Source: Octopus sinensis
Taxonomy: Eukaryota
Direction: 5' to 3'
NCBI RefSeq assembly: GCF_006345805.1
Contig: NC_043005.1
Span: 75,516,001 to 75,580,000 of the forward strand
Length of the DNA: 64,000 nucleotides
Both the position numbers and the translations under genes were made by a program. The notes beneath the pieces were generated by a model that was not told the DNA's origin, did not search any database, and worked only from the letters and a program-made list of their open reading frames with translations. Below, one piece after another: positions 35,611-48,896 of the stretch (positions are counted from its first letter, which is position 1; each line of letters starts with the position of its first letter).

Positions 35611-36437
35611 AAAAAAAAAAAAAACGTTGAAATTCTAGTCATACAGTCGTGCGTGTCATGTAGTACAAACAAAAACTGAAATAAAAAAAAAGAGACACAT
35701 GCTTTTGACACACAAACATTAGCTGCTGAAATTTGAGCGTATGTTACCAAGACTTCTATAATTTGAATATATATTAACAGGATTAATGTACATCCATATA
35801 ACTACTTACAGAAAGCTGCCAATGGCTTAATCGATAGCATACTTGACAAATTAGGAGAAAGACTGGTGTTTGCTATTCTATAGACAGCATCGTGCTGGGT
35901 CAATGATCAAATCATTTAGCAGCCCTCAACAGTTCAGCTTCACTTAGCTGGAAGTAAGTATGACAGCATGGTTGTAGTTCAGTGCTGTAAGAAGCAGTAA
36001 TAGCATTACAGAACTAACAAATGTTTTATTGGCTGGCAATAGGGAGTTCAAAATCTCAGTGAATGTGGCCTGAAGAGGTGTTGGATTGTAATTGTCTTAC
36101 CTTAATATCTAATGTTATGGGCACAAGCATGGCTGTGTAGTTAAGAAGCATGCTTTGTAACCTTGTGGTTTAGGGTTCAATCCCACTGTATGGTACTTTA
36201 GGCAAATGTTTTCTGTTATAACCTCAGGGCAATGAAAGCCTTTTGAATGGATTCAGTTGGTTGGGAAGAAAGCTACTTACCACACAGCCACTCCTGTGCC
36301 TATATGTACATATTAATTTAAATAAATCGAAAAACAGCTTTTCTGATAAGTTTTCCACTTTAATCATTAGATGTTTCTAAGTTTACAAAAGGTGACTCTA
36401 TTAGGAGTTTATGTATGTGTGTATATATATAAACACA

Positions 36438-36478
<41 letters not shown>

Positions 36479-36602
36479 CTATGAATATATATATATATAT
36501 ATATATATAGTATGAGTGTGTGTATGCATATATGGATATTTACTTATTCATTCTTATGCTTCTTTTCTCATACTGCCATGGGTCAAATGAATATATTATA
36601 TA

Positions 36603-37035
36603 TCTCTTTTACTCTTTTACTTGTTTTAGTCATTTGATTGTGGCCATGCTTGAGCACTGCCTTTAGTCGAACACATCAACCCAAGGACTTATTCTTTGTA
36701 AGCCCAGTACTTATTTTATCGGTCTCTTTTGCCGAACTGCTAAGTTATGGGGACGTAAATACACCAACATTGGTTGTCAAGCAATGTTGGGGGGACAAAA
36801 ACACACACACAAACACAGACACACAAACACACACACACACACACACACACATACACACATACATATATACGACAGGCTTCTTTCAGTTTCCTTCTACCAA
36901 ATCCACCTTCAAGGCTTTGGTCGGCCCGGGGCTATAGTAGAAGACACTTTCCCAAGTTGCTACACAATGGGACTGAACCCAGAACCATGTAGTTCGTAAG
37001 CAAGCTACTTACCACACAGCCACTCCTACGCCTAT
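36603..37035 (-). mobile_element. SINE family A, full length, CpG-decayed
   Basis: Examples relative to the intact copies: GCGG>GTGG, ACCGC>ACTGC, ATCGAC>ATCAAC, TACGG>TATGG. Confidence 0.9.
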
Positions 37036-38096
37036 ATATATTATTGAAGCATTGAAGGAGTGTCATTGCCCTTTCCTATTTGACACTTCTTTTAGATACA
37101 CAGACACCCACACCCACGCGTGCACATACACACACACACACACTCACAAGACAATGATAAAAAGGAAATCCAGACAATTTTTTGAAAAGTGACATTTTGC
37201 TCCCCCCCTCCCTTGGAGTAACCAGCTGCGTTTGTCATTTCTAAAAGCCAAGAATCATTTACTATTGAAAGACTGACCAGCTGCAAAGATATCAACAAAT
37301 TGTTTTCTTTTTCTTCTTTCTCTCCTTCTTCTTCCTTTCCTTCTCTTTTTCTTTAACACTTCCTTCAGATACAAACAGACACACACACACATGCGTATGC
37401 TCTCTCTTACCTTCTCCCCATTCCCCACCCTCTTGTACTATCTTACATCTCTCCCCACCCCTACACACTCAATAATACTATAAAAAGAGTCAAAATTCCT
37501 GCAAAAGTTCAATTTGACAACTCCACTAGAGTGGATGAAAGCTCTAATATATGATATATGATTTATAATAACATGTAACATACTAATAAATATCTGTAAA
37601 TATAAAACCATCCAGATATCTGAGTACCTCATTTCTTCTAATATATATATATACACACACATATATATATTTTGTTTCCTTGAGGCCTAGAATTCATACG
37701 GCTGGTCACTTGGTTTCCATGGTGTATAAGTGCCTGAGATCATAACATTTCCCCTAAATGGGACACTGGTCTGTTATAGGGTCCAAGGTCAGCAATTCTG
37801 GTGAGAGGGGATAAGTTGATACTGTCGACCCCAGTACTTGACTGGGACTTAATTTAAATCGATCATGAAGGAATGAAAGGCAATGCTGGGATTTGAACTC
37901 AGAATGTAAAGACCTGGAGGAAATGCTGCTAAGCATTTTGTCTGACATGCTAATGATTCTGCCAGATCACTTTTATATATACATCTATATCATTATATAT
38001 CTATATGTATGTATGTATGTATTTGTCTGTCTGTCTATCTGTGTATCTATCTATCTGTCTGTCTGTCTGTCTGCCTGTCTGTCTGTCTATGTCTGA

Positions 38097-38153
<57 letters not shown>

Positions 38154-38684
38154 ATCTTTCTACGTACGTATCTAATAGCTGATATAAATGTTTGTTGGCT
38201 GGTTAGTTGGTAGGTTCTTTCTCCAATCAAGCTTTACATCGTATAGAGAGAGGGGAGAGAGAGAGAGAGAGAGAGAGAGGGGAGAGAGAAAGAGTTGCAG
38301 GAGGAGTGTCTCATAACTTTCTGAAAATACACATATTTTTATAAAATTTATCAGTGATGGGTTTTCAGTGGAGTAGATTGTGATGATGTTAATAAAATTT
38401 AGAAAAACAACGACATATTTTCATTGCAAATATACAAATGAGAATTTTGTTTTGTTTAATCTTATTTTAAGATAATAAATATTTTTGTTCTCAGAATTAG
38501 TGTTCTTTTCATCATTTTGTATAAACACCAAGGAATATGATAAAAGTTAAATTCTAATTATTGCAAAAATATACTTCCTAAGTTACCTGTTACTCAATGG
38601 ATAACACAAATGTGTTTATGTATGTATATGTGTGTGTGTATTTATATATATGTACACACACACACACATGTGTATACATATATG

Positions 38685-38747
<63 letters not shown>

Positions 38748-39369
38748 GCTATAGGCGCAGGTGTGGCTGTGTGGTAAGAAGCTTGCTTCCCTATCACATG
38801 GATCCAGGTGGGTTCAGTCCCACTGCATGGCACCTTGGGCAAGTGTCTTCTATTATAGCCCTGAGCTGACCAAAGCCTTGTGAGTGGATTTGGTAGACAG
38901 AAGCTGAAAGAAGCCTGTCATATATATATATATATATGTATGTATTTGTGTGTCTGTGTTTGTTCCTCCACCATCACTTGACAACTGATGCTGGTGTGTT
39001 TACGTCTCTGTAACAATGCTTTAGCAAAAGAGACTGATAGAATAAGTACTAGGCTTCGCCCTTGTGTTTCATCTTCCAAAGACAGGAACATGCATATATA
39101 TGACACAGGAACATATTTATATATGTGCATACTTTCATACATAGATATACATATCATCATAATTCATAATGGTGATGCTTGTGTGCATGTGTGTGTATAT
39201 ATATATATATATATAAATACAGATATGCATACATACGCATACAAACACACTCACACACTTACACATACACTCACATACACACATCTGTGTGTGTATATAT
39301 ATACATACACACACACATATATACATACACACACACATATATACATACACACACACATGCACATATATG

Positions 39370-40250
39370 TATACCCAGGTCATGCACTGATTTAGGTTCT
39401 GGGATTGTAACCCCCACTCTCCTCCAGCCAGTGTATCCTGTAAGTTTTCGCTCAGTTTTGGGTGGTGGTAGCACAGGGATTGGAATTACCCAACATTAAA
39501 CTGCATATTATTGTCCTTAGCCTATCTGTAATTTGTGTCCAAGTCCTGCTGCAGGTTTGCAATATCACTAGGGTTTAGTATTTTCTGTGAGACTGTTGTA
39601 TTTTCTGTGAGACCTTGCATAGCTAGCAAGGGTGGCTATCTGGTCATCTAAGGGCATTTCTGAGAGGCCCACTATGAAAAGCAGTGGTCCCAAGACAGTG
39701 CCCTGTGGAATGCCATTCACTATTTGTGTTTCCTTTGAGGTGGCTCCATTGGCCACTACTGCATGACTTCTGTCTTTCAGAAAGTCATGTAACCACTCTC
39801 CAAGTTTTCCAGTTTTATCAAAATCGTGCAGTTTGTGGCATATCATACCATGATCACCTTTATCAAAAGCTTTTGTAAAGTCAAGGTATATGTCGTCCAC
39901 ATTTGAGTTTTCGAGTAACTGCTTCAACATCCAGTCATAGTGCTGTAGGAGCTGTGTCAGGCAGCTCCTACCTGGTTGAAAACCATGCTTTATATCAATC
40001 ATCAAGTCATTTTCATTAAGGAATTTGATTAGTTTCCGTCTGACTATTCGTTCCATGACTTTGCTGATGTGTGAAGTCAGAGAGGTAAGCCTATAATTTT
40101 TGGCATCTGTTCTGCTTCCTCCTTTATGGATTGGGCATATTATTCCCTCCTTCAGTTTGCTTGGCAGCTTGCCATTTGTAAGAAAACTCTGGAAGAGAAT
40201 CTGTAGTGGTTTCACCAGGGTATGTTTGCACAATTAGAGGAGGGTTGCTG
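39370..40250 (-). mobile_element. CR1/L2-group LINE RT fragment
   Basis: ORF 39568-40233: ICPIHKGGSR..NYRLTSLTSHISKVMERIV, HGFQPGRSCLTQLL, IYLDFTKAFDK, GIPQGTVLGPLLF. Confidence 0.92.
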
Positions 40251-40336
40251 GGAAACCAAATCAAAAATAAAGAACCTGCCTAAGGGACATAATTTTTATA
40301 GGATTATTATATTTCTTCATTGTATTTCAAAATATG

Positions 40337-40815
40337 TTGGAGCACTCTTCTATAGGTATGCCATATGTGTAATATAACAACACAGATAATAACGTGTGTG
40401 TGGGGAAGGTGTATAACTGTAATATGTTCCATTATTTCGTATTGCAAAAAGTATTACTTAATAAGTATTATTTTACATTCATTCTATATTTATATCGGTA
40501 GAAGATCAGTTTTCTTTTTTCATTGCCTACCTTCACAATAGAAACCATAGATCACTTTTATTTTACTCCCTGCATACCTTCAGAATAGAAACCGTAACTT
40601 AGATTTCACTCCAGTATTTTTCCTTTGTATATTTTTCATATGCCACATCAGAATTTATGAGGTCAGCTATCATTTTCCTATTTCACTTCAGTATGTTTGT
40701 ACAACTTTTCATTTGAAAATACCCATTTTCTCTAAACATAGGAAGAAACAAATTTGGTGGGGCACTCTTCTGTAGGCATGCCATATGTTTAATATAACGA
40801 CAGATGCATAATAAC

Positions 40816-40846
<31 letters not shown>

Positions 40847-40878
40847 ACTGTAATAACCTCTATTACTTTATATTGCTA
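40337..40878. repeat. ~110-bp direct repeat pair (40337-40445, 40758-40878)
   Basis: GCACTCTTCT(A/G)TAGG(T/C)ATGCCATATG..ATAACGTGTGTGTG..TATAACTGTAATA is shared. Confidence 0.8.
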
Positions 40879-40880
40879 TA

Positions 40881-41587
40881 AGAAAAAGAGGAGCTGGCAT
40901 TGAGGGTCATCCAAATATAAAATTATTTGACCCGACAATCAGAAGAGTTTACTCTGTGCATCCAAGTTACTATGGATGTTTCTTTCTGAGGCTGCTTCTT
41001 CATGAGATAAGAGGACCAGCTTCCTTCTCCTTCCTAAGAATGATTGATGGTCAAACTGTTCCTACTTATAGAGAAGCTTGTTTAGCCTTAAATTTGCTAG
41101 AAAATGGCAATCAGTGGGATAGAACAATGACTGAGGCTTCAGTGTTACACACACCTATTTCTTTGAGAGATCCTTTTACTATTCTTCTGAATTGTGAAGT
41201 AAGTAATCCATTAGCGCTGTGGAACAAATATAAGAATGATTTATCTGAAGACTACAAATATCAAGCACAATTAAGATTCCTTGAGAGGGAAATAGCATTC
41301 AACGATGACAGATATAATTCTGCATTGGTTGATATTGAAGATTACATTGTCTCAATGGGAGGGAAGGAGCTCAGTAAGTTTGGTTTATCTGAAACTCATC
41401 AAAATGAGGTGAATAATTTAATCATGGAAGCTTTGTGATAAACCTCATATGATATTGATTCATTAACTAGATTCCTTGAAGAAAATGTCCCAAAACTTCT
41501 GCCAGACCAACTTTCATATACAACAATCATTGTCAAGTGACACATAAGGGAAGAGGATTATATTTTTTAGATGCACTAGGAGGATCT
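40881..41587 (+). mobile_element. Helitron RepHel fragment (Rep-helicase linker to start of PIF1 helicase)
   Basis: RVYSVHPS..CFFLRLLLHEIRGPASF..TYREACLALNLLE..W..SNPLALWNKYK.DLSED..ALVDIED..GKELSKFGL, then YD..PKL..DQ and LYFLDALGGS (decayed Walker A, GGTGKT). Confidence 0.9.
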
Positions 41588-41624
41588 GCAGTTCATATTG
41601 GATTGGCTATCTACGTGTATATAT

Positions 41625-41709
<85 letters not shown>

Positions 41710-42528
41710 CTGTCTGTGTATATTTATATATATGGCCAGATATGTCTTTGTTATATACTCACAGTATACTGCCAATGAACAACTGTGAGTTGCTTAAACA
41801 TGCTGTATGCTTAATACTAAACATCCAGCCAATCCTGGCACCGGACATGTTGATACACCCAGATTCTAACGAATCCTGCAACTGATATATATATACATAC
41901 ATCTATATATTAATATTATTTTCAGTGTTATGTATTTCTATGTATATGTGTGTGTGCATGTGTGTGTGTACATATATGTATATATGTAATATATATGTCT
42001 GTGAATGTGCACTCACTCCTACACACACACATATGTATATCTGAGAAATATCTTATCTATACACACCCTTTTGGGGCATTTTTTTTCATTACACATAATT
42101 GGCAACATTACTGATGAATCATTATTCTCATTCTATGACACATGGATCTCTTTTGTGAGAGAACAATTTCTAAACAAACATTGACTTACAAGAAACATAA
42201 CTTCTGCAAGGGGTTTGAGTCATATTATGGATGAGATGGTAAATTCTACAACTGGAAGCTGATATTAGAATTACTGTGTTGAATATGCATATAACATAGG
42301 TCCAGACGTGGCTGTGTGGTTAAGAAATTTGCTTCTCCATATGTGGTCTTGAGTTCAATCCCACTATGCAGCACGTTGGGCAAGCATCTTCAACTATAGC
42401 TTCAGGCCACCCAGAGCCTTGTTTGTAAATTTGGCTAATGGAAACTAAAAAAGCTCGTCGTATATAACTGTGCATATGTGTGTGTGTGTGTATATATATA
42501 TGTATACACACACATACACACACGTGCA

Positions 42529-43427
42529 TACACACAAGGAGTGCGATGGGTAAATTGTTGCCATTTTATATCTTTAATTTTGCACATACATATTGTTTGG
42601 TTTTGATTTTGTTGACTACACAGTATCGTAGGGTAAGTTGAGCACCGTCTGTGAGAAAAACAGCACCACGATGCAATTTACTCTACCAGAAATTTGGAAA
42701 TGACTTGCTGTGCTGCTTGGCATTTGCACTGGAAGCTCCAATACAAACATTTCACAGTGTTTGAGTGTCAATCTGAGGACATGGACTGAGAGTGATAAAA
42801 ATCAAATATCCAGTCAACATCATGGTGTTGAGAGTGACCACTAGTGATGGCAACATTATGCCTCCATTCATCTTCCGACACGGCCTCACACACAACACAG
42901 AGGCCTACATCAAGTGTCTAGAGGCAATAGTGCTGCCCTGGGTCAAGAGGGTGGCTGGTGGAAGACCCTGTGTCTGGCAATGGGACTCTGCACTATACCA
43001 CACAAACAGGAGAACCCAATCATGGCTCTCAGACAATTTCTGTGACAACATCACCCCTAACATCTGGCCACCTAACTCCCCAGACTGCTATCCCCTTGAT
43101 TAGTATATGTGGGGTGCAGTTAAATGAGAGATCAACAGAACTCCTTGTAATACTAAAGATGAACTGAAGGCAAGGATTATGGCAGCATTCACCAACTTAA
43201 ACAAGGAGACCATCCAGAAGAGTTGCAGGAGATTCTGAATCTGTCTGAAGGCCATGGTTGAAGCCAATGGTGATTTTATTGAATAAATTTACTGTTTAGT
43301 ATTTCAAGATATTTTTATGTAATTTTGGTAAATATAAACGATCATGATGATATCTGTTAAAATGGGATGTCAGTGTTATTTTCATTTTTGCGTAATTTAG
43401 ATGACAGTTTATTCACCACACTCTGTA
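42529..43427 (+). mobile_element. Tc1/mariner-superfamily DD37D (maT-type) transposon, internally deleted
   Basis: ORF 42792-43103 has DSA...WPPNSPDCYPLD with exactly 37 residues between the second and third Asp. Imperfect TIRs; the right end is CTG|TA. Confidence 0.88.
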
Positions 43428-43559
43428 TATATGTATATTCAGAAGATACAGGTTCACACCCCATGGCTACCTTTGACTTTTTCTATCCAAAGGGTTTTTA
43501 ACCCAATATTTACATGCTGTTATTTATAGCATTATCAAAAACTATAAATATCAGCTAGC

Positions 43560-44100
43560 AGAACCATTTGCAAGCTGGGCAAAATACTTAGCAGCATTTA
43601 TCTGTCTTTACATTTTAAGTTCAAATTCCACCAAGGTCAACTTTGCCTTTCATCCTTTTGAGGTTGATAAAATAAGTATCAGTCAAGTACTGGGGTCAAT
43701 GTATTCAATTTACCGCTCCCCTTAAAAACTACAGGCCCTGTGCCAAAATTTGAAACTCACCCATGGAAGGTGGATGTCAAATGATGATGATGATTACGAT
43801 GATTATTTATTGTTTTAAGGCAGTGAGCTGGCAGAATTGTTAGCATGCTGGACAAAATGCCACTGTACCTTCTGTCTCTATGTTCTGAGTTCAAATTCCA
43901 CCAAGGTTGACTTTGCCCTTCAACCTCTTGGTGTTCATAAAATAAATATAAGTCAAGTATTGGGTCAATGTAATTGACTTTCCCCTTCCCTTAAAAGCTG
44001 CTAGCCCTGTGCTAAAATTTGAAACCATTATGTTTAAAAAGTGGTCAGCTGACAAACTGGCAGAATTGCTAGCATGCCACACAAAATACTTAATGGCATT
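43560..44100 (+). mobile_element. Cluster of tandem SINE family B copies
   Basis: The AGTTCAAATTCCACCAAGGT..CTTTGCC..TCA module appears twice, plus a third head at about 44050. Confidence 0.75.
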
Positions 44101-44119
44101 TTGTCCATCTTTCCATTCA

Positions 44120-44490
44120 TCATCATCATCGTTTAACGGCTGCTTTCCATGCTAGCATGGGTTGGATGGTTCGACTGGGGTCTGGGAAGCCAGGAGGCTG
44201 CACCAGGTCCAGTCTGATCTAGCAGTGTTTCTACAGCTGGATGCCCTTCCTAACGCCAACCACTCCGTGAGTGTAGTGGGTGCTTTTTATGTGCCAGGCG
44301 AGGCTGGCAACGGCCACGATAGGTTGGTGCATTTACGTGCCATCGGCACAGAGGCCAGTCAAGGCGGCGCTGGCAACGACCACATTCGGATGGTTCTTTT
44401 ATGTGCCACCTGCACTGGTATCACAACTGCAATTTCCATTGATTTTTTATCGATTTCGATTTCACTTGCCTCAACAGGTCTTTGTAAGCA
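44120..44490 (-). mobile_element. RTE LINE 3' end
   Basis: (CAT)n tail and unit array; ends in TTCACTTGCCTCAACAGGTCTT, as in the copy at 1-484. Confidence 0.88.
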
Positions 44491-45061
44491 GAGTTCTGAT
44501 TTCAAATTCCATTGAGGTTACCATTACAAGGTTAATGAAATAAATACCATAATCGACTAGCCCATCCCCATCTCCTCAAATTTTCAGACCCTGTGCCTAT
44601 AGTAGAAGGGATTATTTATATCTTAATGCACTTTGAATTTCACAGTTGAAAACGAAATATTTATTACAAATAAATTTTATCTTATTTAGTAACATGATTG
44701 TTTTCAGATATTACTGAGGTATTAGAAACCAAGTTAGCTGGTATAATTTTGATAGATTTCCATAGATAAGATTAAAATCTGTATTGAAAACTGAGTTGAA
44801 TGTATGTCAAATATAGATTTTTGGAATAAAGTGTCAAAATTCAACCAAATATATATCACACCTTTTGAAGAATTGTGCGTTAGAGTTTAAGACCTGTAAC
44901 ATCTGTAATATTGGTAGAAATTAATTGAATTGCTTTTAGATGTATAGGTATATAAAAGTAATTATTATGAAAACAGTATAAAATGTAAGTTGATTTATTT
45001 TGAGTAGGTAAGATTTTGTATGGAAGAAGACTACAACCTATTGGAAGAATTCCCAGTATAT

Positions 45062-45094
<33 letters not shown>

Positions 45095-45102
<8 letters not shown>

Positions 45103-45482
45103 TCTTTTACTTGTTTCAGTCAGTTGACTGCAGCCATGCTGGAGCACCACTTTTAGTTGAGCAAATCGATCCCAGGACTTATTCTTTGTAAGCCTAGTAC
45201 TTATCATATTGGTCACTTTTGCCAAACTGCAAATTACGGGGACGTAAACACACCAGCATCGGTTGTCAAGCGATGTTGGGGGACAAACACAGACACACAA
45301 ACACACATACACATATGTGTGATGGGCTTCTTTCAGTTTCCGTCTACCAGATCCACTCACAACGCTTTGGTCGGTCCAAGGCTATAGTAGAAGACACTTG
45401 CCCAAGGTGACACGCAGTGGGACTGAACCTGGAACCATGTGGTTGGTAAGCGAGCTACTCACCACACAGCCACTCCTGCACC
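45095..45482 (-). mobile_element. SINE family A, full length
   Basis: Family A body; the tail adjoins a (CT)n tract. Confidence 0.9.
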
Positions 45483-46318
45483 TATACTAGTATGTATTTT
45501 TATCAATACAGAAGGGTTGAAAAATAAATTCAGTCAGGCATATCTGTGGGTGAAGGCATGTCTGTTTGGTTAAAAAGTTTGAGTTCAGTCCCACTGCATG
45601 TCATCTTGGGCAACTGTTTTCTATTATAGTCCTGAGCTGACCAATGCTTTTGTGATTGAATTTGGTAGATGGAAGCTGTGTGGAAAGTCATTGTGTGAGT
45701 GTGTGTGTGTGTGTGTGTGTGTATGTATATGGGTATGTGGGAGTGGTTGTGTAGTAAGAAGTTTACTTCCCAACCACATGGTTTTGGGTTCATTCCCACT
45801 GTGTGACACCTTGGGCAAGTGTTTTCTACTGTAGCGTCCGAATATGAAGCCATATGAATATGAATAGATATGGTAGATAGAAACTGAAAGAAGGCCATCA
45901 TATATGTGTGTGGGTCTCTATTTTGTCCCTATTACTGCTTGACAACCAGTGTAAGTGTGTTTCTGTCCCTGTAACTTAGTGGTTCAGCAAAGGAGACCAA
46001 TAGAATAAATATGAGTCTTAAAAAAAAAGAAAAATACTGGGGGTTGATTCATTCAACAAATATTATTATTCAAGGCAGTGCCCCAACATGGCCATAGTCC
46101 AACTACTGAAACAGGCCAAATATGAAAAAAAAAAACTATAAAAAATTATTTGAGTACGAAAATTTCTTATCAGAAATGCTACAATCTAGTGAATGGATCC
46201 CAGTATATAACTGGTACTTATCTTGTCAATGCAAAATGGTTGCAGAACAAAGTAAATCTAATTTCTTTTCACCATAAACCGAAAAAAATGATTTATATTT
46301 CTGTATTTTTAATTCCAG

Positions 46319-46422
46319 TAAAATACCTTCTAAAAGAATGGGATTATTATGTCAAGAATGGTTTTCAAATCAGAAACTGTTTGAATTATTAGATATGAAG
46401 AAAGTAAAGCTACAAATCTGTG
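46319..46422 (+). CDS. Candidate 104-nt exon, KIPSKRMGLLCQEWFSNQKLFELLDMKKVKLQIC
   Basis: Acceptor TTTCTGTATTTTTAATTCCAG, weak donor GTG|GTATTA, one open frame. Confidence 0.25.
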
Positions 46423-46679
46423 GTATTATCTAAAAAAAAGAAAAATGTAGGACAATATGTAATATATATTCTTAGTCACAGAAAACTTGATGAAAGTGCA
46501 ATTACAGAGTAGAATTTTGAAAAATGAATACCGATGTTCAGCAAGTCTGTGTTGAGTTTGTGAAATAAATTTGATTGTGCTAAAATTTCATTTGAAGAAA
46601 AATGAAATTTTCATTCTCTCAATTTTTTAGGTAAGTTAAACTGTATGAGATTATACATGTATAAGTGTATATGCATATG

Positions 46680-46718
<39 letters not shown>

Positions 46719-46729
46719 GTGTGTGTGTG

Positions 46730-46761
<32 letters not shown>

Positions 46762-46776
46762 TTATATATATATATA

Positions 46777-46821
<45 letters not shown>

Positions 46822-47489
46822 ATATATATATGTATGTATATATATATGTGATTATGTACACAGACACACACATACATATAATGTAGGTAGGTAGGGTAAA
46901 ATCTCAGCCGTTTCCTCTTGAAGCATATCTGCTTATTCCATTATTACAGTCCAATATGTAGATTCCGTTTGTTACTGTATATCTGCCAAGTAGATGCTAA
47001 AGTAGAAAATTCTGGAAATATTGTTTGCAGAGTTATTGTGCAACGGAACAGGAAGTTTAAAAATTAATTTTTATTATTGAAACGTAGTTAACATGTAATC
47101 ATCAACATCATTATCATCATCATCATCATTGTGATCATCATTTAACATCCGTTGTCCATGCTGGCATGGGTTGGACGGTTTGACCAGGGCTGGCAAGCTA
47201 GAAGGCTGCACCAGACTCCAGTCTCATTTCTATGCATGGTTTCTACGGCTGGATGCTCTTCCTAATACCAACCACTCCGAGAGTATAATGGGTGCTTTTA
47301 TGTGCCACCGGCATGGGTGCCATTTGCATGATGCCAGTATCTGCCACGACTATGATTTTACTGTTCTTCTTCTCAAGCATAGCATAATGCCAAAGGTCTC
47401 AGTCATCTGTCATTACCTCCGTAAAACTCTGTAATTTCTATATTATTTATTTATATATATATGTGTGTGTGTATGTGTATGTATATATA

Positions 47490-47791
47490 TACCAGAGTAA
47501 GCACATAAATGTAAAATAAGGTGGAAAAATAGTACTCGAATACCAGAGGTAGAGTAATATGCTTTATTAAAAGCACCTAAATATCACTAAATCTGTTACT
47601 CAGGGGTTTCATGTTCCTGTTCATCAGACATATGAAAATGGACTACAAATCAGATGAAAGGAAAACAGGACATCAGAGGAATTAAATGTGGAATAAAAAT
47701 TTGTCAATAATCTATTTATCTTTCCAATGAACGGGAATGTGAAACTCTGAGTAACAGTTTTTGTGATATTTTTGTTGCTTTTTAATAAAGC
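47490..47791. mobile_element. Penelope-like terminal repeat in head-to-head arrangement with hammerhead-like motifs (duplicated at +1039)
   Basis: 47560-47627 (minus) and 47724-47791 (plus) are ~65-bp inverted copies containing C(T/C)(G/A)ATGA-stem-GAAAC..GTA. Confidence 0.5.
47591..47633 (-). ncRNA. Minimal type I hammerhead ribozyme-like motif (decayed)
   Basis: ATATGT-CTGATGA-ACAGGAACAT-GAAA-CCCCTGA-GTA-ACAGAT. The core CUGAUGA/GAAA/GUA is intact, stem I is 5/6 bp, and stem II is restored if two CpG transitions are reversed. Confidence 0.45.
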
Positions 47792-47825
47792 GTATATATA
47801 GTATATATATATATATTATATATAT

Positions 47826-47856
<31 letters not shown>

Positions 47857-48865
47857 GTATGTATATATATATGTATGTATATATATGTGATTATGTACAC
47901 AGACACACACATACATATAATGTAGGTAGGTAGGGTAAAATCTCAGCCGTTTCCTCTTGAAGCATATCTGCTTATTCCATTATTACAGTCCAATATGTAG
48001 ATTCCGTTTGTTACTGTATATCTGCCAAGTAGATGCTAAAGTAGAAAATTCTGGAAATATTGTTTGCAGAGTTATTGTGCAACGGAACAGGAAGTTTAAA
48101 AATTAATTTTTATTATTGAAACGTAGTTAACATGTAATCATCAACATCATTATCATCATCATCATCATTGTGATCATCATTTAACATCCGTTGTCCATGC
48201 TGGCATGGGTTGGACGGTTTGACCAGGGCTGGCAAGCTAGAAGGCTGCACCAGACTCCAGTCTCATTTCTATGCATGGTTTCTACGCTGGATGCTCTTCC
48301 TAATACAACCACTCGAGAGTATAATGGGTGCTTTTATGTGCCACGGCATGGGTGCCATTTGCATGATGCCAGTATCTGCCACGACTATGATTTTACTGTT
48401 CTTCTTCTCAAGCATAGCATAATGCCAAAGGTCTCAGTCATCTGTCATTACCTCCGTAAAACTCTGTAATTTCTATATTATTTATTTATATATATATGTG
48501 TGTGTGTATGTGTATGTATATATATATACCAGAGTAAGCACATAAATGTAAAATAAGGTGGAAAAATAGTACTCGAATACCAGAGGTAGAGTAATATGCT
48601 TTATTAAAAAGCAACCTAAATATCACTAAATCTGTTACTCAGGGGTTTCATGTTCCTGTTCATCAGACATATGAAAATGGACTACAAATCAGATGAAAGG
48701 AAAACAGGACATCAGAGGAATTAAATGTGGAATAAAAATTTGTCAATAATCTATTTATCTTTCCAATGAACGGGAATGTGAAACTCTGAGTAACAGTTTT
48801 TGTGATATTTTTGTTGCTTTTTAATAAAGCGTATATATATGTATATATATATATATATACAGAGA

Positions 48866-48896
<31 letters not shown>

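Larger units (their letters stand above)
46848..48831. repeat. Tandem duplication with 1,039-bp period (46848-47792 / 47887-48831), possibly an assembly artefact
   Basis: The only differences seen between the copies are run-length indels. Confidence 0.95.

Noticed and set aside
46385-46430. Rab-like KKVKLQI motif
   Set aside because: It lacks the following WDTAGQE and any upstream GTPase motifs; most likely a chance match.
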